From Macrostomum lignano (lineage: Eukaryota): a stretch of 64,000 bases of DNA. Each line of letters starts with the position of its first letter. The first letter of the stretch is position 1. A program made the translations under genes and the position numbers. The notes beneath the pieces were generated by a model. The model searched no databases and was not told the origin of the DNA. It saw nothing but the letters and a program-made list of their open reading frames with translations. Below, one piece after another: positions 52,902 to 64,000 of this stretch. Where the stretch lies: contig NIVC01003429.1 of NCBI GenBank assembly GCA_002269645.1, positions 34,026 through 98,025 of the forward strand, in the 5' to 3' direction.

Positions 52902-53048
52902 GCTAGCTGGTAATATTTCTATTCGCTATATTTTTGCACTCCGCAGCTGCAAGAGAGCGACGACCTTGACAATGACATGGACCTCATTGTGCAGGACTTC
53001 GCGGACAAGATCAAGAAGATCGTGCTGCACACAATTTGCTTCTATTAG
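51709..53048 (+). CDS. SSU72: RNA polymerase II CTD phosphatase SSU72, 195 aa
   Basis: Exons 51709-51791, 52371-52773 and 52947-53048 total 588 nt with consistent phases. Catalytic motif VCSSNQNRSMEAH, plus RSFGTG..VKLPG, IKPKPERFQ, DNHEEATLGA and the terminal LHTICFY. Confidence 0.97.
51905..52365. repeat. ~21-bp C/A-rich minisatellite in SSU72 intron 1
   Basis: Unit CCAAACCTGACCCACTCAACG, running up to the acceptor. Confidence 0.95.
52790..52903. repeat. (CTGT)n microsatellite in SSU72 intron 2
   Basis: CTGT/CTGC/CTAT tetramers. Confidence 0.93.
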
Positions 53049-53389
53049 CCCTGCCGCTGACTGGTGTTGATTGCGCTGTCCTTTTAAACTGTCATTGCTC
53101 TGTATAGCATAATGCTGCCGAGATGTATGCTTAATTTCTAAAAATTTAATTGCTACCTGCCGAGTTTTTATTCGCAAACTGTTTATTCATGTTGTTGATG
53201 CCTTTGCAATGCGTTGCCAGTTTTTTTCTTGAGTAATTCGACTCGTTCACAGTTCTAGTCTTTGATTGCGTGAATCTGCCTTTTCACATGATGACTGTTG
53301 AGCCCTGGGCTGTCACCAATTTTATGCAAAAATCGATGCTCGCCAGATAAAGAAAGGCACTTAAGGCCATATTAGTCATTGTGCGAATA

Positions 53390-53950
53390 CAATTAAGGTC
53401 ACCCAAAAGATAATATGGGAAGACAATTCAGGTCACCCAGATGATAATATGGGAAGACAATTAAGGTCACCCAAAAGATAATATGGGGAAACAATTAAGG
53501 TCACCCAGATGATAATATGGGGAAACAATTAAGGTCACCCAAAAGATAATATGGGAAGACAATTCAGGTCACCCAAAATATAATATGGGGAAACAATTTA
53601 AGAATTAAGGTCACCCAGAAGATAATATGGGAAGACAATTAAGGTCACCCAAAAGATAATATGGGGAAACAATTAAGGTCACCCAGAAGATAATATGGGA
53701 AGACAATTAAGGTCACCCAAAAGATAATATGGGAAGACAATTAAGGTCACCCAAAAGATAATATGGGGAAACAATTAAGGTCACCCAGAAGATAATATGG
53801 GAAGACAATTAAGGTCACCCAAAAGATAATATGGGAAGACAATTAAGGTCACCCAAAATATAATATGGGGAAACAATTAAGGTCACCCAAAAATAATATG
53901 GGGAAACAATTAAGGTCACCTGAGATATCACGGAAAGACAATTAAGGTCA
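53390..53950. repeat. 34-bp minisatellite between SSU72 and WDR55
   Basis: Unit AATTAAGGTCACCCAAAAGATAATATGGGAAGAC. Confidence 0.96.
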
Positions 53951-54164
53951 CCAGATATTCCAGAACAACCAAGTTGACTTCAGAGAATACCAGCTAAAAC
54001 GTAGTAATCATATTTTTCAGAAAGCAGGCATTCAAGGTCACCAGAATTTCTGTATTTAATATTCAACAGCTGGCACTGTGCCTTATTAATCATTTTGTTC
54101 CTCAAACTGCTTCAGCTGGAGTAGACATCGTATTTGAGCCCAGCAGCAACTGCAGGCCGCACTA

Positions 54165-57284
<3,120 letters not shown>

Positions 57285-57289
57285 GCTGG

Positions 57290-57483
57290 GACTGTCTGAC
57301 ATGCCGACTGTCCGACATGCCGACTGCCCGACATGCCGACTGTCCGACATGCCGATTGTCCGACATGCCGACTGTCCGACATGCCGACTATCCGACATGC
57401 CGACTGTCCGACATGCCGACTGTCCGACATGCCGACTGTCCGACATGCCGACTGTCCGACATGCCGACTGTCCGACATGCCGG
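57290..57483. repeat. 16-bp minisatellite directly after the WDR55 stop
   Basis: Unit CCGACTGTCCGACATG. Confidence 0.96.
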
Positions 57484-58103
57484 CTATTATAGATCCTGAC
57501 TGACTAGACTGACTGACTGACACAAATTCGCATTTCTGTTCAGCACCGCGCTGAATTCCTAATGATACATTATGGTACCCGTGTGCAGTTAAATACACCT
57601 GTGCCCTGCACTCTGTGCGTGCTGCTTATTGGCACAGTTTTTTGTCTACTGAGAATGGACTGGCTGAGATAAAGTCGGACATGTTAAACTTTCTTTTTAC
57701 GCTCGTATTTCATTCCTGTTGCTGTATTGCACAGTTTAAACTTCTGCTAACATTTTTTCGGTTATGACCCTTCTTACCGAGACTCCTCTGGATCATGTCA
57801 AACAAAAGAACCGTCATGTTAGTCTCTCTCCCTCTCCCCCTCTCCCCTTCTCTGTCTCTCCATCTCTCTCCCTCTCTCTCTCCCTCTCCCTCTCTCTGCC
57901 TTCAACTTCCCGTTTGCGATTTTTGCGGCGAGTTGATCTGGCTGCTGGGTTTTGCCTGAAAATCAATAAATACTCGTAACTTGTCTGTGGGAGCGTCAGA
58001 CCACAGACAAAATGCCTGGCATTTGGTGCCTGCGTCAGACTGGCCTCAGCCGCTTGCGCGAGCAAAAATTATTAAAATTGGGCCTGGCATTCCCGGAATA
58101 GCA

Positions 58104-58412
58104 ATGACGTCATCATCTGCCGAGGGTCTGCCAGTGGACGAGAGAATCAACTTCCTGCTCACTCTGGTGTCAGCCTCCTTCTTGGGCGTCCTGCTGGCCG
58201 CCATCATCTTCCTGGCCTGCATCAGCTACGCGCCCAGCTTCCTGGCCGACGTCAAGTTCGCGCTGGTGCCGCTGCGCCTCCGCGTCAAGCGCTGGCTGGG
58301 CTTCCGCAGCCTCGGTGTGCCGGAGCTGCCGCCGGTGCAGCGGCTGCCGTCGCCCGGCGTTGACAGCGGCCTGGCGCCGGGGGAGCCGCCGATCATCCGG
58401 TTCCGGCTGTGA
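58104..58412 (+). CDS. Small single-pass membrane protein candidate, 102 aa
   Basis: A GC3-rich coding-like island in AT-richer surroundings, with a hydrophobic helix FLLTLVSASFLGVLLAAIIFLACISY followed by basic residues. The start is uncertain and no family was recognised. Confidence 0.55.
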   Translation: MTSSSAEGLPVDERINFLLTLVSASFLGVLLAAIIFLACISYAPSFLADVKFALVPLRLRVKRWLGFRSLGVPELPPVQRLPSPGVDSGLAPGEPPIIRFRL

Positions 58413-58734
58413 CTGCGGTTGCCCGGAGTCCTGGTTGCTGACCTGGCGGCTGTGACCGGCTGGTGTGACTTGCCGGATGCATGATTGGTTAATTGTTTTT
58501 AATCTTGTTCTTTACTGATCAATCTTATCGCATGATAAGCATTATACATAATTCTTGTATATTGTAACTCGCGTGAAGTTCTTGTTACCGATAGAAATCT
58601 TTAAACTCGGGATGGCTTTGCCAGGGGTCATAGTGCTGTACCTGTCTTGCCTGCGAGGGATTGCAGCCCCATACCTGCAATGCACATGATGTACAAATGT
58701 ACAAAACACAATGTACATTAGTAATAATCATTAC

Positions 58735-58935
58735 AACTGCCCTAATGGACATCTCCGCCGCAGCTATTGCTCAAGGACTTAACTTGAGGGAGTCGCCACA
58801 CCCACCCTTAGTTACCCCAGCTGATGCTGGCACCCATTTTACACTTGGGTGAACAGACTTGCAATGCAGAGTTGAGTACACACGGACGCTCACGGACACA
58901 AACTATTCCGAGTCGCGAGACCGATGCTCTAACTA
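58735..58935 (+). mobile_element. Possible SINE fragment (central conserved domain with an L2-like tail)
   Basis: GCTGGCACCCATTTTACACTTGGGTGAAC resembles invertebrate Nin/Deu-type SINE cores, and GCGAGACCGATGCTCTAAC resembles L2-derived tails. From recall only. Confidence 0.3.
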
Positions 58936-59303
58936 CAATACTATAAGCCTACATGTACGTGTACTGTACATGTACAATCCATTTTGCAGATATTGCTTAA
59001 TATTGTTCTCTGGGGTGATCGATAAAATTTCAATAACTGCGATGTCTATTCCATGAGTTGCCATGCACTTATTAATTGCATAGAAATTTGCATGCGGATT
59101 TGAGCACATGGCCACTGGCCCCAGCTCTGATGTCTATGGTTCTCCACAGGCGCAATCCCGAGCACAACTGCAGTTCGATCGCTCATACAAATTTGCAGCT
59201 ACATACTTGATTGACTTGGTTGCGTCATCCTGCCAACTTGCCTCTAGCCGAACATTCGATCGACTGATATCTTCGTTGATTTTTTTGCGTTCGGCACAGT
59301 GCC

Positions 59304-59879
59304 ATGACCGCCAGGCTCAGCAAGCCACCGCTGCTGCTGCCGCTGCTGCTGGCCGCTCTGCTGACCGTCGACAGCTGCCGGGCCTGCCAGGTGGTGATTC
59401 AACCGATTAAAAGCGCCATCAACAAAGTCAAGAGCACCTACAACTCTTTTAAGAAAAGTGAGTCGCCAATTCTGCAGGTTGTTCTCCAATAAGTGGTCAC
59501 ATGTACATGCAGTATACTTGGTCTTCGCCACACCTACATGTATGTAAATGAAAGTACACCTGGACCCGCAGAGATAACTTCCGAGAAGCCAAAGTACATC
59601 GGCTGCTACGCAGACCGTGACGACAACCGGGACATCCAGTTCATCGGTGCCCGCAAGTCGGACATGACAGTCAGCAAGTGCAACGCAATCTGCAAAGAGG
59701 AATACCCCATGACCAAGTTCTTCGGGGTGCAGAACGGCAACCTGTGCTTCTGCGGCAACGACTACGGCAACTACGGGGTGCGGCGAGACGGCCACTGCGA
59801 CAAGCCGTGCGGCGGCGCCAAAGGAGAGAAGTGCGGCGGCGAGCTGCTCAACTCCGTGTACGAAATTACAAGTAAATGA
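59304..59879 (+). CDS. Secreted single-WSC-domain protein, 153 aa
   Basis: Exons 59304-59457 and 59572-59879 join in phase 1. Signal peptide LLLPLLLAALLTVDSCRA. WSC pattern YIGCY..MTVSKCNAIC..FFGVQNG..CFCG..CDKPCGG..KCGG..NSVY. Confidence 0.9.
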
Positions 59880-61271
59880 CAACGGCCATGCAGCACTGTA
59901 CGGTACGCAGTGTACATGTGCAATGCATGAATTTATTTTAGTCTTGCAGCTTTTTAAGCGGTTTTCAAACTTCAACTGTACATTTAAGTAAGCGCGTGTT
60001 TGATAGTTTCTCAGCACGTTTGATTTTAATCTGTAGTTTATCGTACAACTTCCCTCTTCAGCATTTTCTTCCCACTTTACTTATCAGTAGAAAGGAATGC
60101 AAATTTCCTAAGTTTTACAAGCTTCAGGAAGGCTATTTGTTTCGTAAACTGTTTGATTTTTTTCTTCTTGAGATAACTGGACAAAGCGATTCAGCTATAA
60201 TCAGCTATAATATCGAATATTATAGCGATATTGCTAAATTGCGATTATTCTGAATTAAATGCCAGCGTTTGGTATTTAAAGGCACAGAACAACCCGGACA
60301 GCTACAATGTCGTGTATGTTGATAGAATCATGGACCTCCTGGTGTCCAGGAGTTTTGGTGGGACAAATAAGGAAGAATGAACTGACACTTTGCAGCTGTT
60401 TAACAACGGAGGCCTAAAATATTATACTGTACGAACCGCTCTAAATACGCACAAAGTAAAACGGCCCAATTTGTGGCCCCACCAAACGTAAATTACACAG
60501 GAAAAAATACGAATTTAGTCTGTTTATTATGGGTAAATCTGACACCTGGATTCTACTCGTATCTATTCAGGTTTGATATAGTTTACGTAATTTTTTTTTA
60601 ATTAATGAATGTTGTAAGTTTTAAAGCTTGTTTAAAGGTTGGCTTTGAGGAATAACTCAATTTCGCGGACACATTTCCAGACACATCTTCCGACACTTGA
60701 AATGTACAACTCCACTGTACATTTAAACAAAATCTCGAAAAGTAGATAACTGATAAAATATACATGTACGAGAAAGATGGGCTAAGAAGAGAGATTAGAG
60801 AAAGTGGAGAAGAGAGGAGAGGAAGTTTAGCAAAGTAGATCTTACATTGGATCTGAGATTGGAAGCGCTTATCCCCACGGTTCCATGCCGATAATTTTCA
60901 GCTTATCAGATTGTGCAGTTGTGTGTTTAGTTTTAGTTTAATGTTGCTACTAATATTAGTCTTCTCTGTTTATTGTAACATATACGGCGTAGCTTCAAGT
61001 AATTGTTATTACACTGTTGTGTCATTTACTGTCATTTTAACAGCTCTCCATTCAAAATGGATAGTCATTATTATTTTGTTGCATGATAGTTCAAGGCGGA
61101 AGCTAGGGCTAGGCGATGCTGCTAGGATTGCTTTATCGTTGGCTTGACTAAATTATACAGTTTACTACAGCTAGTGCTTATTTGTTGTATTATTAGTACT
61201 ACTAGTAGGCTCAGTCGCTTAGAATTACAACAAAGGTCAATAGAACGAACAAGACATCACGTAAATGTGGT

Positions 61272-61287
61272 GGCCCTGAAAAGGGCC
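61272..61287 (-). terminator. Histone mRNA 3' stem-loop of H4
   Basis: The minus strand reads AAAAC-GGCCCTTTTCAGGGCC-ACCAC, a canonical 6-bp stem with a 4-nt loop, 89 nt after the H4 stop. Confidence 0.95.
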
Positions 61288-61376
61288 GTTTTAGCGTTCA
61301 GGATACGGTTGTTACAGCGTAGTTACAACGAAGCAGACGTCAATGACGCCTGCCAGCTAACAGGCTGCGAGCGCCT

Positions 61377-61706
<330 letters not shown>

Positions 61707-62370
61707 TCAAACTAAAAGTAGTGAATTAAAGTGAGAATTTGATAAAGTAAACGGCGGTTCTCGTGCCGAATAAGTAACCAGAAGAATTGGGGTGGCTGGC
61801 GGAGGGGGTGGGTGCTTCGCCGCCAGTTGAATTTTATCGATCGTGTGAATATTTTCTATTCGCTGGACTGGAACTCCAAATGGTCTTCTCTGATTGTTGT
61901 TAGCAATAGTAATGATAATCCTATATACTAAATCTTCAAAGTCAACTAACATTGGACTTACAGACAGTTTTAATTACAGAATTACAGACACCTTGTTTTA
62001 AATGTTTCTTCGTTGTGCGTTACTCGTAGCATTCTTCTATTTACCTTGGCCGTCATAACCGGGTCCATGGGCGCACGCATTCATGCACCAGCTTCCGCCA
62101 CTGCTATCTGTCCTTCGCTTTTAGGTCATCCTCCCTCCCCTTTCGGTCTCCTTCCTTCTTTCGCCTTTCATTTCTTCTTGATAACATTTGCCGTAGCATT
62201 AGCACTTAGCAATTTGTAAAAATTATGCTTAAAAAATCGTCTTTAATAATTTAGACGGACGACTTAATTCAACTTAAATTTATTCAAATAATCGATTTTT
62301 ACCGTATTAACGTAAATAAAAATTCGCAGTTCCATACCGACAGTTGTTTGTTTGGAAGCCTACATGTAGT

Positions 62371-62915
62371 AAAACGGCCCTTTTCGGGCTCCAATTTATT
62401 TAGACTTCTCACATCGATCATGGTGAGGACTGAGCAGTTCTCGGTATAGTTCTTATTAAGTTTAGACCACTTATAAGTGTTCACACTTATAAAAATTAAA
62501 TACTGTATGTGAGTACTTTACCTGATATAATTTGTGATTCAACATACCATAATTGCATAAATGACTAATGGCTATAAGTTAATTACTTACTGGCCACTTC
62601 AATAAAATTGAAATTGCACATATTAGGCCACGGAAAGTATTATCCTTTTAAGGAGAAACGTGTAACTTTTCTAAATGTTTATAACCACTAGGGCAGGCCT
62701 TTACTGAAGGAAAGCCACATTGTAAAACGGCCCTTTCAGGGCAACCAAACATGATTACCTCGTTAACAGTAGTAGAACATTTTAGTATAGTGGATTTTCT
62801 TTAACCACAGTTGCTTTACAGTTGCAAAATTGTATTAATAGTTTATTGCAAGCTTTTAATCTGATTAATTAACTGTAAAAGTGTAAAAACGGCCCTTTTA
62901 AGGGCAACCAAACAT
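62371..62915 (+). other. Three orphan histone-type stem-loop motifs (62376, 62729, 62891)
   Basis: The motifs are AAAAC-GGCCCTTTTCGGGCT, AAAAC-GGCCCTTTCAGGGCA-ACCAAAC and AAAAC-GGCCCTTTTAAGGGCA-ACCAAAC. No + strand histone ORF lies upstream of any of them. Confidence 0.8.
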
Positions 62916-64000
62916 GACAATGCCCTGTCAACAGTGGTTTTTAATTTTTTTTCAAGTTCTTTTTAAAGACTTTTCTACTTTCTTTATTAACTTTAAAGTG
63001 AAAGCTTCTAAAACCTGATTAAAATTTATCCTTAAATTATCCATAAGAAGCAAGAGTTTAATATACTGTACTATCTATTATATGCGTTAATACTAAAACT
63101 GTAAAATAAACCCTATGGAGTAAACTGGGATTCCCAGCACACGAGAAATGACATGACATGACAAAGGCGAGGCGAGTGGATCAAATCCGAAGTTTTTCCT
63201 TATGCCATGGCGACAAGAAATCTAGGAAAATATTTCATTATTTAGCAGAATTATTCTGAACTCGTTTTTATTCTTTATTAATTACTATAAAAATAAAACA
63301 GTATCTGCAGAAATATTTGAATTATACTCAAATTAGCCGCAAGCTTTTTCAGTAATAAATTTTACTGTTAGTAGAATAGTGAGGTGAAAATTAATAAAGT
63401 AGAATATTGTGTTTAGGCAGGAATTGTATGTGGGCGACTGTTTAGTAGGTTGGTAATATTTAACTGGGAAATCGATTCTCTTGTTTGTCTTGATTAAGAA
63501 TGAGGAAATGCGATAATTTTTGTTTGAAATTTTATATTTTTTGTGTTGTAGCAATCAAAAAATTATAATGAAAATTGAAATGACGACAGAGGCGTTGCAA
63601 TTGCAAATATACAAAAAATCAACGAAACGAAATAAAATTATTACGTAAATACACAGGAACTGTGTGTTAGCTGGATAATGACGCATTTGTACAACAGAAA
63701 GGAGAGCTCGAAAAAAATAAACCAAAGGGACACACTTTTACTCGTTATTCTTACCATCACAAATATTACTTTCTATACATATCGGCAATTTTTACAACAT
63801 TCAAATCAGTGACACAAAAGACAAAGGTCGAAAAGAAAACCCCCGCTGGTGCATAAAAACTAAAGCAGATTTTCCGATTGAATCAGTAATCTTGTCAACA
63901 TGCTGCTATGATAAAACAGTTAAGTAAACAAATAAAATTATATTTATCACGGTTAAATACTCACGATTAGCTACTGAAATAAAACTGAATAGTAGTTAGT

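Noticed and set aside
61950-62370. A decayed divergent histone gene before the 62376 stem-loop
   Set aside because: No histone-like peptide was seen by eye in the frames I examined. A sensitive alignment is still needed.

Overview
This is animal genomic DNA, not prokaryotic. It has GT-AG introns, GC-rich exons and about 14-15 kb (roughly 23%, hand estimate) of mini/microsatellites. That style suggests a flatworm such as Macrostomum, which is inference only. Positions 1-41 kb hold one reconstructed gene, a 4-exon C2H2 zinc-finger factor of about 1035 aa with a 15-kb first intron, surrounded by many unrelated tandem arrays and a decayed LOA/R1-like non-LTR RT fragment. After this come a single-exon low-complexity 632-aa ORF and an AT-rich nest of DNA transposons. 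The nest contains a Mutator-like element with TIRs and a perfect 9-bp TSD, encoding PHD + FLYWCH but lacking the DDE core. That element lies inside a putative CAGGG-ended element, next to a spliced hAT-like pseudogene. The right end carries a co-oriented gene run (SSU72, WDR55, a small TM ORF, a secreted WSC protein) and a solitary histone H4 flanked by four orphan histone-type 3' stem-loops. Most long ORFs in the supplied track are repeat artefacts. All splice junctions were read by eye and checked only for phase consistency. No database search was run.
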